Assembly: GCA_030141605.1 (NCBI GenBank)
Contig: JAQGDQ010002381.1
Coordinates: 62,001 to 126,000, forward strand
Reading direction: 5' to 3'
Length of the DNA: 64,000 nt
Source: Tubiluchus corallicola
Lineage: Eukaryota; Animalia; Priapulida
Translations under genes and position numbers: made by a program
Notes under the pieces: generated by a model
Told to the model about the DNA's origin: nothing
Database searches by the model: none
Seen by the model: the letters and a program-made list of their open reading frames with translations, nothing else
In this document: positions 1-11,451 of the stretch, in pieces
Numbering within the stretch: the stretch's first letter is position 1
How the letters are laid out: every line of letters begins with the position of its first letter

Positions 1-456
1 ATTATAGTACTAGTTACAAATTAGTCAGTGCGTGCCCTTGAGATGTATGCAACTAAGCAGAGTAGGACTAAACCCAATAATTATTTGTAAACCTGTAAAT
101 TGGTGAGCAAGCTTCGCAGTAAACCGTTTGCCGTAAAAATAGATGCGCATATTATGAACAATACCAAGTTTTAAATACGAATACAGAATTTGGAGATTCT
201 AATGTGAATTAAACGAAAAATTCAAATTTTCAAAAAATATCTTTTATCCATTAAGTTAAATCATTACTGACTTTAAAAAACTGTTCGATACCTTTCTGAC
301 ACTTTAAATCGTTTTCTCTTGATTGGAAGTTGAAGTGGTGAGAGCGAGTATCTGTGCACTATCCTGATTTTTTTGTATTTTTAATTTCAATGCCAAAAAT
401 GTTTGCTTGTTCATGTACATCATATCTATGTTAACTCGTCTTAAGAAACTGCTAAT

Positions 457-575
457 GTCTACGGCCATATCACATTGAATACACCGGTTCTCGTCTGATC
501 ACCGAAGTTAAGCAATGTAGAGCGTGGTTAGTACTTGGATGGGGGACCGCCTAGGAATACCACGTGCTGTAGACT
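457..575 (+). rRNA. 5S rRNA: 5S rRNA gene, copy 1 (type A)
   Basis: 119 nt GTCTACGGCCATATCAC...GAAGTTAAGC (box A)...TTGGATGGGGGACC (box C)...GTGCTGTAGACT; ends pair (GTCTAC/GTAGAC); followed by a T5 Pol III terminator. Confidence 0.95.
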
Positions 576-914
576 TTTTAGCTAGTGACTATTAACTATC
601 AAAGTGTGTGCACAACACGACCGTTTCATTTTGACAGTATTGTTTTTGATTTTTGGAAGTTGAAGTGGTGAAAATAAATGTCTGTCTCGACATTATGTTG
701 ATTTTTTTTGCATTTTAATGTGAAAGACTATCTACTTGTTGCATTTCTCCAATATTATACAAAGTAAGGAAAAATGAAAATAAAACTAGAAAATCAGCCA
801 CTGTCCTTCAAAAATGATTTTTGATTTTCATAAAAAATCAAAACAGATACTTTGTTACTACGTTCACCTTCATCTATCTATTATTTCTATATTATCTGTC
901 TATAACAAAATGCA

Positions 915-966
915 GAAGTTAAGCAACCTCAAACCTGGTTTTGCGTTTGAATGGGTGACTGCCCGG
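915..966 (+). pseudogene. Diverged 5S remnant (box A to box C region) inside the spacer of unit 1
   Basis: GAAGTTAAGCAACCTCAAACCTGGTTTTGCGTTTGAATGGGTGACTGCCCGG is colinear with 5S nt ~48-99 (GAAGTTAAGCAATGTAGAGCGTGGTTAGTACTTGGATGGGTGACCGCCTAGG). Confidence 0.8.
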
Positions 967-1279
967 TACTTACATTTTTCTAAATGATCAGGAAGGGTGA
1001 TGACAAATGCTGTAAGATCTTTTTCACCACTCAAAAATGGATTTTTGTTCTGACAAATATTTTTAAATGAAGAATCTTTTTGCTTGTTCATGCTTGATCA
1101 TTCCCATGTTTAATTATGTCATATCTAGAAGGTAATATACTTAAGCACGGTATTCAACCTCCCTGACATTTTATAATTTCATGTGATATTTCTGTTTATA
1201 CTTTGCATTAAAATGCTAAAAAGGTTTACTTGTTCATGTACATCATTTCTATGTTAACTCATCTTAAGAAACTGTTAAT

Positions 1280-1398
1280 GTCTACTGCCATATCACATTG
1301 AAAACACCGGTTCTCGTCTGATCACCGAAGTTAAGCAATGTAAAGCGTGGTTAGTACTTGGATGGGTGACCGCCTAGGAATACCACGTGCTGTAGACT
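1280..1398 (+). rRNA. 5S rRNA: 5S rRNA gene, copy 2 (a few substitutions)
   Basis: Full-length copy 823 bp after copy 1, same flanks and T5 terminator; variants ACTGCC, GAAAAC, TAAAGCG. Confidence 0.9.
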
Positions 1399-1563
1399 TT
1401 TTAGCTAGTGACTATTATCTATCGAAGTGTGTGCACAACACGACCGTTTCATTTTAACAGTATTGTTTTTGATTTTTGGAAGTCGAAGTGGTGGGAATAA
1501 GTGTCTGTCTCGACATTATGTTGATTTTTATTTGCTTTGCATTTTAATGTCTAAAACTATCTA

Positions 1564-1811
1564 GTAGTAGTAGTAGTAGTAGTAGTAAAATCTTTATTCG
1601 CCATTATAAAACATTGACCATCATATTAAAAGACAGACAATCAGTGTTAGTCCATATAAAAAACATACACTGTTCTAGGCAAATGCGTCTGGTGCAAGCT
1701 AAACTATAAGTGCAACTAGAAATTCAAAAAATAAAATATAAACTAGTTTAGTAAGGTCTAGGAAAAATGAAATTATGATTTGAGTAAGTATCATCGTGTT
1801 CGTATGTCGGA
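1564..1811 (-). mobile_element. 5'-truncated non-LTR retroposon 3' end inserted in the 5S spacer
   Basis: Minus strand ends AATAAA GATTT (TAC)n; flanked by a 19-bp target-site duplication TAATGTC(T/A)AAAACTATCTA at 1545-1563 and 1812-1830; absent from the other units. Confidence 0.8.
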
Positions 1812-2010
1812 TAATGTCAAAAACTATCTATTTGCTACGTTTCTCGAATATTACACAATGTGAAGAAAAATGAAAATAAAACTAGAAAATCAGCCACTGC
1901 CCTTCAAAAATTATTTTTGATTTTCATAAAAAATCAAAACAGATACTTTGTTCCTACGTTCACCTTAATCTATCTATTATTTCTATATTATCTCTTTTCA
2001 ACGAAATACA

Positions 2011-2065
2011 GAAGTTAAGCAACCTGGAACCTGGTTTGGTTTTGTGTTTGAATGGGTGACTGCCC
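2011..2065 (+). pseudogene. Diverged 5S remnant in spacer of unit 2
   Basis: GAAGTTAAGCAACC...GAATGGGTGACTGCCC, same motif as 915-966 with a TGGTT duplication. Confidence 0.75.
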
Positions 2066-2164
2066 TTGGCTTACATTTTTTTAAATGGACGGGAAGGGTT
2101 CTGACAAAAGCTGTAAAATCTTCTTCAACACTCAAAAATGGATTTTTGTTCTGACAGATATTTT

Positions 2165-4225
2165 TGTAAAACTATGTCACGAAGATTTTGCATATTGTGT
2201 TTTTTTGTTCCACATGTGTGCGCCATTTTTGTTCCAGTGGCAAAATTCGATTTTATGCGTGATAAACAATTTACAGTTTTAAATAAATCTTTTTGTATTA
2301 AATAATTGGAACTTATCCGTGATTGTATTTATATTTTGGTACGGAACTGCCGGGAAAAGAGACCTTTAGATGAGTATGGCTGAGTGTGATAAAATTAAAC
2401 ACTCTAGAAGTAGATCCAAGGGTTGGGTGAAGACTGGCATAAAATTACTAAAAGAGGCGATGTCTAGTGAAACGCCTAACTTTGTGTTTGTTCAGCAAAA
2501 ATTAGAGAACCTTGGAAAATATATTGCCACCTTTAATGAAACAGAAGTGTAGTTAGAAGATTATTTAGAAGGTGAAGAACTTGAACAAGCGATTATAGAG
2601 GCAAGTGAATTAATCAACACAGCGGAATTAATTTCTGCTCAGGCACTAAGTTTGCTAAAACCAGATTCAAGACCATGTAGTCCTAGTGATTTCCAGCGAC
2701 ATGCAAGTGATAATGATTTTGTCTTGCGACGAGTGAATAACTGTGATTTAGCACGTAGTGAAAGTGCAGCGAATTTACCAACTAATAATGTAGTCGGTGC
2801 AGAAGTCACCAACATAAAACTACCTAAATTGCAACTGCCAACTTTCAGTGGTGACCCATTGAAGTTTTACGAATTTTGGGACATGTTCGTTGCCTCTGTG
2901 GATGCTAAACCTGTACCAGACGTTCATAAACTTGTTTACTTAAAGAGCTTACTTAAAGGTGAAGCTGCTCATGTGATAGATGGCCTGCAGCCTGTAGATG
3001 GCAATTATAAGGAAGCTGTTTCTTTGTTAAAGGAGAGATTTGGTGATAAAGACGCAATCGAGATGTCATTGTTAAAAAAACTGTGGCAGTTAAAGCCCAT
3101 CACCGATTCGAAAAATATTGAAGCACAAGGAAGTTTTGTAGATGAGCTTGAAGTTGTTATAAGAGGCCTCAGTGCAATGGGACTTAGTACAGAAGAATTA
3201 GGTAAAACCCTAAAACCTCTCTTTCTAGCAAAAATTCCATATGCTTGGCGTGTTGAATGGGAGTGAATGAGAAGGCGTGAAGATGACAGCGTGAAGATGA
3301 CACAACATGCTTTGAAAAATTTCGACAGTTCATGAAAAGCGAAGTTGATATTAGACGAAAGGCTGCTTCATATACTCGCCATAGAGAGTCTGGTGAATTT
3401 AGTCGTCGTGCTGGGTATAAGAATTTAGGTGTGAGGAGCACCCTAGATTCAGTTTCTCTTCTTCAGTCTAGTGATTTTTGTGGAAACACCAAAAATGCGC
3501 CTACAGCTTCAAAGAATTCCCATTGTTTATTTTGTGGCAGAGCTCAACATATGTGGCTTGATTGTGCGTCTCTTCCTACTAAGACTTTGCAAGAGCGAAA
3601 ACAGAAGGTTGCTGAGCAGCACCGTTGTTTTTTGTGTCTTGGTTTAAACCACAGAGCTGATACTTGCCGTAAACCTCCATGCAACCGATGTAGTAAATGG
3701 CATCATTATTTATTGTGCAATTCAATTGCTGGCTGCTTCCAGGTGAGTCCTTATGTTAAAAGAGGTTCAAATACTTCTGATGCAAGTGTTGATGTTCCAT
3801 CAGTTCATTTACAGTCTTTTTGTACGAATGTTGTGTTCTTAATGACTGCGACTGCTGTTTTGGAAGATACCAAATCGTCAATTCCTATTCGTGTTTTTAT
3901 AAATCCTGGTGCCACTACCTCTCTTATTTTGTGTGATGTTGCAGAGCGAGCAGGTTGCGAAATTATAGGCGAGCGTAATCTTTCGTTAGCTATTATGGGT
4001 GGACTTAGCACACCGCAACAGAAATGCCACATTGTTCGTGCTAAACTTCGAACAAATACAGGAAAAATTGTGACCTTTAATGCCACCACCCAAGATAAAC
4101 TAGTGAGACCCTTTCCGGCATGTTCTGAGGGTGATTGGTTAGGAGACTTAAAGGGCATGATCCTAGGTGACCCAGAGATTCTTTGTGGCAATCCACGAGA
4201 AATTCATCTACTGGTTGGTATCCCC
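2165..4225 (+). mobile_element. Decayed, 3'-truncated BEL/Pao LTR retrotransposon (putative 5' LTR, gag, protease)
   Basis: Putative LTR 2165-2333 (TGTAAA...TTTATA, internal AATAAA) followed by a PBS-like TTTTGGTACGG; DUF1759-type LPKLQLPTFSGDPLKFYEFWDMF; three Cys/His knuckles (CLFCGRAQH..C, CFLCLGLNH..C, CNRCSKWHHYLLC); protease-like IRVFINPGATTSLI ... IHLLVG; no RT or integrase. Confidence 0.9.
2370..4225 (+). pseudogene. BEL/Pao gag-protease polyprotein, disrupted
   Basis: ATG 2370; in-frame stops at 2550-2552 and 3264-3266; frameshift accounted for by a 14-bp tandem duplication GCGTGAAGATGACA (3275-3302); N at the expected catalytic D. Confidence 0.85.
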
Positions 4226-4335
4226 CAAAGATGATTTTTGATTTTTATAAAAAAAAATCAAAACAGTTTACCTTGTTCTTGTGTTTCGCTTAATCTATCC
4301 ATTATTTCTACGTTATCTGTCTGTAACAAAATGCA

Positions 4336-4389
4336 GAAGTTGAGCAACCTCGAACCTGGTTTTGCGTTTGAATGGGTGACTGCCCAGGA
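4336..4389 (+). pseudogene. Diverged 5S remnant in the spacer that resumes after the Pao element
   Basis: GAAGTTGAGCAACCTCGAACCTGGTTTTGCGTTTGAATGGGTGACTGCCCAGGA. Confidence 0.75.
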
Positions 4390-4563
4390 CTTGTAAATTA
4401 TGTCATATTTAAAAGGCAATATACTTGAGCACGGTATTTCCACCTCCCTGATACTTTACAATTTCATGTGATATTTTTATTTATACTTTGCATTACAATA
4501 CTAGAAATATTTGCTGTTCATGTACATCATTTCTATGTTAACTCGTCTTAAGAAACTGCTAAT

Positions 4564-4682
4564 GTCTACGGCCATATCACATTGAATACACCGGTTCTCG
4601 TCTGATCACCGAAGTTAAGCAATGTAGAGCGTGGTTAGTACTTGGATGGGTGACCGCCTAGGAATACCACGTGCTGTAGTCT
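4564..4682 (+). rRNA. 5S rRNA: 5S rRNA gene, copy 3
   Basis: Full-length; intact boxes A and C; one substitution in the 3' stem (GTAGTC); T5 terminator. Confidence 0.92.
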
Positions 4683-5118
4683 TTTTAGTGATTGACAATT
4701 ATCTAGCGAAGTGTGTGCACAACACGAACACTTTAGATTGTCTTTGATTTTTGGAAGTTGAAGTGGTGGAAATAAATGTCTGTCTCGACCTTACGTTGAT
4801 TTTTATTTTTTTGCATTTTAATGTGAAAAACTATCTATTTGTTACGTTTCTCGAATGTTACACAAGGTAAGGAAAAATGAAAATAAACTAGAAAATCAGC
4901 CACTGCCCTTCAAAAATGATTTTTGATTTTCATAAAAAATCAAAACAGGTACTTTGTTATGCTTGGAAATCGTAGTAATCGTAGTATGCGTAGAAAATCA
5001 GCCACTGCCCTTCAAAACTGATTTTTGATTTTCATAAAAAATCAAAACAGGTACTTTGTTACTACGTTCACCGTAATCTATCTACTGTTTCTATATTATC
5101 TCTTTTTAACGAAATGCA

Positions 5119-5195
5119 GAAGTTAAGCAACCTCGAACCTGGTTTGGTTTTGCGTTTGAATGGGTGACTGCCCGGCGACTGCTGATGCTGGTAAC
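5119..5195 (+). pseudogene. Diverged 5S remnant in spacer of unit 3
   Basis: GAAGTTAAGCAACCTCGAACC...GGGTGACTGCCCGGCGACTGCTGATGCTGGTAAC, colinear with the 3' 60% of 5S. Confidence 0.75.
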
Positions 5196-5521
5196 TTCTT
5201 AACTTGGTGCTTAGACTTTTTTAAATGGTCAGGAAGGGTGATGAAAAATGCTGTAAGATCTTCTTCACCACTCAAAAATGGATTTTTGTTCTGACAAATA
5301 TTTTTAAATGAAGAATATTTTTGCTTGTTCATGCTTGATCATTCTCATGTTTAATTATGTCATATTTAGAAGGTAATATACTTGAGCTCGGTATTTCAAC
5401 CTCCCTGATACTTTATAATTTCATGTTATATTTTTATTTATACTTTGCATTACAATACTAAAAAGGTTTGCTTGTTCATGTACATCATTTCTATGTTAAC
5501 TCGTCTTAAGAAACTCCTAAT

Positions 5522-5588
5522 GTCTACGGCCATATCACATTGAATACACCAGTAATCGTCTGATCACCGAAGTTAAGCAATGTAGACT
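5522..5588 (+). pseudogene. Truncated or internally deleted 5S copy
   Basis: Normal upstream flank and 5S nt 1-65 (to AAGCAATGTAGA), then runs directly into a minisatellite; box C absent. Confidence 0.9.
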
Positions 5589-6357
5589 ATTGTCTACAGT
5601 GCACTCTTGTCTACAGTGCACTCTTGTCTACTGTGCACTATTGTCTACAGTGCACCCTTGTCTACAGTGTACTCTTGTCTACAGTGCACTATTGTCTACA
5701 GTGCACTATTGTCTACAGTGCACTCTTGTCTACTGTGCACTCTTGTCTACTGTGCACTATTGTCTACAGTGCACTATTGTCTACTGTGCACTATTGTCTA
5801 CAGTGCACTCTTGTCTACTGTGCACTCTTGTCTACTGTGCACTATTGTCTACTGTGCACTATTGTCTACTGTGCACTATTGTCTACAGTGCACTCTTGTC
5901 TACTGTGCACTCTTGTCTACTGTGCACTATTGTCTACTGTGCACTATTGTCTACAGTGAACTCTTGTCTACTGTGCACTATTGTCTACAGTGCACTCTTG
6001 TCTACTGTGCACTCTTGTCTACTGTGCACTATTGTCTACTGTGCACTATTGTCTACAGTGAACTCTTGTCTACTGTGCACTATTGTCTACCGTGCACTAT
6101 TGTCTACCATGCACTATTGTCTACTGTGCACTATTGTCTACTGTGCACTCTTGTCTACAGTGAACTCTTGTCTACTGTGCACTATTGTCTACAGTGCACT
6201 CTTGTCTACTGTGCACTCTTGTCTACTGTGCACTATTGTCTACTGTGCACTATTGTCTACAGTGAACTCTTGTCTACTGTGCACTATTGTCTACCGTGCA
6301 CTATTGTCTACCGTGCACTATTGTCTACAGTGCACTATTGTCTACTGTGCACTATTG
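5587..6357. repeat. 17-bp minisatellite, ~45 copies
   Basis: Unit CT(A/C)TTGTCTAC(A/T)GTGCA; source of the spurious STVH/CTLVY ORFs. Confidence 0.95.
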
Positions 6358-7852
6358 AGCTTTAAAACCAAGACTTCGTATACTTAAAAGTAAAAGGTCA
6401 TTTACTGCCATTGTCAGCAAAAACAATGGAGAAAAATCGTGGCATGGATTTTTTGCAAAAAATTACGGATTCATGCAACCAAAGTCCACTGCAAGATGCT
6501 GCAGACTTCGACGAATTATCAGCAGCTCAGAAAATTACACAGAAAAAAGCTTAGAATCAATGCGATTAGCTGCATTAAAGACCTTCGGTTACACCAAGAG
6601 ACTTAGCTAATTAACTTCAGTAATTGCTATAATGTAGTTGCTTTGTGACATATGCTGTGATTACAATCCCACATATTCGCCTGTTTTTCCATTACTTCCT
6701 TGTATAATTGTTGTCTGATAAACAGTTTCTCTGTCTGTTCTTTGTTCTCTGCTTGATTGGTTGGTTGGGTGGCATACTAGCTGTCAGACATTGGTTGATT
6801 GGTTGTTTGGTGAGTAAGTCGGTTGTTCAGACAACCGATTGGTTGGTTGACTGATTGAGAAGTAGGTGTAGTTCTGAATGTGCTTGTCGTGTTGTACACT
6901 GGATGCATGTCTCCTAGCTTGCTTACTTGGAAAGCTTTTTAGGTGCTTTGCAGAGTAGTGAGTTGATTGTGTGTTTTCTTTTATTTGACTGATTAATTTT
7001 CAAGTTTAATTTGTTTCCATGACACTTTCGCGTTAACTGTATTTTGCCGCTTGATATTGTTGGGATATTTCTCAGATATAAGGCATTACATGTGTTCCAT
7101 TAATGTAATTAGTCAATTGTGTTCGTGATTTCGCTCTTTGTCCCTTGTATAGCTGTTTTCCATGTAACAGATTTCTGTGTATTATCTGGTCTTCAATATA
7201 AAAATCATGTACGTCTTTATGTTATTACTTTGTAAGCTTTGTACCTTTACTAAATTTAGCTGCTTATGTTTGCATTTGCATACAAACCTTAGTTCACATT
7301 TTTATAGTTATTTGTGCTATTTGTACTTTACTTTTCATTAATTTCTATTAACTGTAGAACTTATTGTTAATATATTATAATGTTAATATAATATAACAAT
7401 TATCATATTGACAATTTTGCTGTTCTTTTTTACAAAAATTTATTTCTCACAAAGAAGAGTTTCAGAATTATACACAACCGATTTAGATTTCTATTTTTAA
7501 CGTCTCATGATAAACGTGCAGCGATTAACTTTTAATTTATTTTCTTTGTATGGAGAATCCTCAAAACGACTCGAATCGAAACAAGGGAATATTTTACCTT
7601 CACATACAGATATAGTAAAGATAACTTAGACTAGCATTTACATCTTTTACATTAGAAAAACATTGAAAAGGCAGTCTGAAATATAACAGCTACAAGTGGA
7701 TCTGAAACAAACGTGGATATATCAAGGAGAAGTGGATCTACGTCAAGCACGGATGGACTCCGGATCTGTTGAAGAACTATTCTACTGTCCATAACTGTAG
7801 AAGTATTGTAAAAAGAATGTTCAATCTATGTTCAACTTGGGAATCACAGGAT

Positions 7853-8804
7853 TTACCAGAAACCACCACCGTATCCACGGCCATAAGATACACGTCCGTA
7901 GCCACCAAGTCCACCGTATCCACGTCCGTAGTAACCACGGCCATATCCACCATATCCACCAAATCCACCATATCCACGTCCGTAGTAACCACCGCCATAT
8001 CCACCAAATCCACCGTATCCACTTCCATATCCGTAACCTAATCCACGTCCATAGCCAAGGCCACGTCCATAGCCCAAGCCTCGTCCGTAGCTGCCACCAT
8101 AAAATCCGCTGGCACTGACTACAGCAACCTACAAATGTATTATCAATGAAACTGTTGTACAAATGAACTTATCAATGAAACTGTTGTACACGTGAACTTA
8201 TCAATGAAACTGTTGTACAAATGAACTATCAATGAAACTGTTGTACAAATGAACTATCAATGAAACTGTTGTACAAATGTACTTATCAATGAAACTGTTG
8301 TACAAATAAACTTATCAATGAAACTGTTGTACAAATGTACTTATCAATGAAACTGTTGTACAAATAAACTTATCAATGAAACTGTTGTACAAATGAACTA
8401 TCAATGAAACTGTTGTACAAATGTACTTATCAATGAAACTGTTGTACAAATGAACTTATCAATGAAACTGTTGTACAAATGAACTTATCAATGAAACTGT
8501 TGTACAAATGTATTATCAATGAAACTGTTATACAAATAAAAACTTCTTGTTCTTTTAACTTCTTTTGTCTCCAAATGTAATTAAATAGTTTGACTGAAAT
8601 GTTGTTGGCTAACACAAACCAATGCCAAGTACATGTGTCGACGTACTTTGATTGATGCAGTAAAGGCTACGTTGTATTAAATAGAAACGTGAATGTAAAT
8701 TAACTAGGTGTGGTACTCGAACATGAACAATTGGCTAAATTGTGAAATTCCGTCCATAGACGACTTACCAAAACGGCAAGGAGGAAAGCTAGAGTGATCT
8801 TCAT
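7853..8804 (-). CDS. Secreted Gly/Tyr/Arg-rich structural protein, ~103 aa, 2 coding exons
   Basis: Exon 8804-8769 (MKITLAFLLAVL, GTAAGT donor) joins in phase 0 to exon 8128-7853 (VAVVSA SGFYGGSYGRGLGYGRG...GYGGGFW*); signal-peptide-like N-terminus; AATAAA on minus at ~7536-7541. Confidence 0.85.
8131..8538. repeat. 28-29-bp minisatellite, ~14 copies, in the intron of the Gly-rich gene
   Basis: Unit TATCAATGAAACTGTTGTACAAATGAACT. Confidence 0.95.
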
Positions 8805-9640
8805 TTTCCTAACAAGAAAAAATATTTAATTAACAAACTAGAACTTGAATGGGCATTCGATAAAAAATCAATAATTGTCATTTTCCAAATTATTTTAGCA
8901 TAAAACTGACAATGCTCTAATGATCAATGTTGTTTGGTGAAGAGACTGCAATCAAAAGTGATGAAAACTCACCTAATGCTGATCAAGGGTTAAATAAAGT
9001 GTTTGATACATGTATTAGTACAACATGTATTATACTAAATTTCGCAAAAAAGAAGACAATTAGTCAGTTTGTGCTAAATTTCTTTGGTAGCCAAAGTTAA
9101 GCAGTCGCAAAAAGACTGTGAAGCATCAATGAACGCCTGGATTAAGTTTAGATTATGCCGGTTTAGTAGCGGAAACCGTTTAAAACAGAATTTTGATACG
9201 TTCAATATTTTGATGGCTTAGAGGTAAACGTATTATGTAAAATTTGCAATAAATTAAGACATTTGTGCTAAATTTCCTTCTTAGCAAAAATTAAACAAAC
9301 TCGAAAAGCTAAAAGAGACAAAAACGGGGATAGGTATGTACATTTTACGTTTTCAAACAGTTTCCCTTACTGACTCGTACGTTTCAAAATGTAAAATAAT
9401 TTCGTCTCAATCTTGCTACTCCTATATTGTAGATAAAGTTTGTCGTAAATGTTAAGATAAAACGAAACATCTTGTAAGTTTACTCTTCAAAAAATACCAC
9501 TGAATGTATTACCAAGAAATCTTTCAAACATTTTAAAAAAAGTTGCCGTTTGTAACGATAAAAAACGCAGTTCGTAAGATGACTAGGTCATATACTAAAA
9601 CTTCAAAATGCTTACTTTAGTAATAGTAAAAAATACTTAC

Positions 9641-9724
9641 AATTATAAGTTGAGTTGAGATTCGTGTGGTACCACAGACGACAGGCGTATGGTAGCAACA
9701 CCGGTCTCATCACGCCTTAAATAC
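9641..9724 (-). promoter_or_regulatory. Probable promoter and short non-coding first exon of the Gly-rich gene
   Basis: Minus-strand TATTTAAGG at ~9716-9724; GTAAGT donor at 9640; the ATG exon has an acceptor (TTTTCTTGTTAG) only 4 nt before the ATG, so an upstream exon is expected. Confidence 0.55.
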
Positions 9725-10084
9725 TTCCATCGGCTGGTGACCATGAGAGTCAAGCTCTTAATCACAGATACCTGAAGTCAGCAGCAGCAGTAGCAGCCGG
9801 ATTTTTAACGAACAACCTTCTGTCACCCATCAAAATAAAAGTGTTGTTTTCTGTCCTGAGAGACCGCGCATGTAATTTAAAGCCCTAGCAAGGCAGTTAC
9901 TGAATATGAAACAAACAGAAAAACAATGACGTCTCTGTGCATTACCAGTGTAAATTAACGTTAGTGGAAGGTTGGAAAAACGCCTTTTATTTGAATGCAT
10001 GTGTTTTGTTGATACTGATAATTATTTTCCCTAAAAAAACTTGAAGGGTACAGGGGGTAAGTGATTTGTAGTTAATTGTGCTCA

Positions 10085-11450
10085 ACAGAAAATTGGAGAC
10101 ATAGTTTAGACAACAAGCAATACATTTTAGCGGCATTTTTGGATTTAAGTAAAGCATTCGATAGCATTAACGCTCGAACTACTTTACGATAACTTAAAAC
10201 AAATCAGATTTTATTCGATATCGTTAAAACTGATAGAAAATCATCTCAAAGATGGACAAGAACGAGTAATGATACAACCAACTTTTCTGACTGGGCAACG
10301 TTAAACAGACGTATACCGCAAGGAACACTACTACTTTATTATTTTGCCTATATATAAACAACATATCCAGTGTATTACAACACTCACAAATAACGCTGAT
10401 GACACTACAATCTACATAGCCCATGAAAATATCCAAACTGCAAAAATTTATTTAGAAAAAGATATAAAAAATATAAATACGGCATTTAGTCATTACAAGC
10501 TAAATATGAATAATGACAAAACATAAACCATGATACTGTCACCCTCATTAAATACTAATGATGCATCATCAACCACTTTGACAATAGATAATGCTGTAAT
10601 CAAACAAACTAATAATGATAAATTTCTGGGCATACAGGTAGACAATAATCTTTCACGGGATGACACTTTAATAACATATACACAAAAATGGCATCAAGCA
10701 CATCATATCTCCGACAAGTTAAAGGGCAGCTAATAAAGGAAACTAAGTCACTAATATATAAAACTTTAGTTCTACCACACTTCTTATATGGATGTACGCT
10801 ACTTCAAAAAACCAAAAGAGAAAATTACTTAAAATTAAATCTCCTTCAGAACTATGTGTTGAGATTAATAGCTGGGTACTCATACAAACGTAAGGCAGGT
10901 AGACAAAAATTTAAAGCTTCAACAACTAACCTGAGAAAAACGTAAAAATTCCCAATCATTGAAGCACACAAAGAATATTTTACTCTGCTTTTTACATTTA
11001 AATACATTAACAACATCAGCAAACCATTCCGGAATAACAGATTTACCTTTTTTCCAAGTCTAATCGTTAATTCCAGAACAAGCAATCTAAAACAAATTAG
11101 GACAAATACCCACTATGGAACGAACTCTGTAATCAAACAAGCAATTCTACTTTGGAATTCTCTACCATTACAGGTTAAACAAATCAAGTCCCTATCAGCA
11201 TTTAAAACAAAATTAAAATAACTAATATTAACCTAATATGAAATATCATCACACCAGTACGACAACATACACACTAATTCAGAATTTATATATCCACGGC
11301 CATATTAATTAAATCATACTTTTTTCGTTTTTTGTTCATAGTTGTAAATATGCTTGATTTTATTCGTCATTACTGCACAGTAAGTTTAGCAGTGTAAGTT
11401 TTTATTAACTAACACTGATTGATCATCTCTGTAAAGTTACTCTTACTTTA
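10085..11450 (+). mobile_element. Degenerate LINE (CR1/L2/Crack-like), 3' part of ORF2 and 3' UTR
   Basis: Frameshifted RT motifs AFLDLSKAFDSI, VPQG, NADDTTIY, MNNDKT, KFLGIQVDNNL, LIYKTLVLPHFLYG, LWNSLP..K...AFKTKLK. Confidence 0.85.
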
Positions 11451-11451
11451 C

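Noticed and set aside
640-662. Sm-site-like GATTTTTGGA in the 5S spacer, suggesting a linked SL RNA or snRNA
   Set aside because: No upstream AG/GTA leader junction or recognisable snRNA stems; T-runs are common here. An Infernal scan would settle it.
900-1091. Recurrent short ORFs MNKQK..KNPFLSGE (also 5123-5332, 14178-14372, 4258-4443)
   Set aside because: They recur only because the 5S spacer is repeated; frames and stops differ between units
5590-6387. Long Cys-rich ORFs in three frames
   Set aside because: Translations of a stop-poor 17-bp minisatellite
6380-6610. Stretch with a Cys/His pattern (VIYCHCQ...FC) vaguely like a PHD finger
   Set aside because: Pattern incomplete and no supportable exon structure
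6645-7298. TGTGA...TCACA bounded segment as a solo LTR
   Set aside because: No TSD, second copy or internal domain
7769-8162. His-rich, Thr-rich and Trp-rich ORFs
   Set aside because: Alternative frames or antisense of the Gly-rich exon, which alone has a signal exon and matching splice sites
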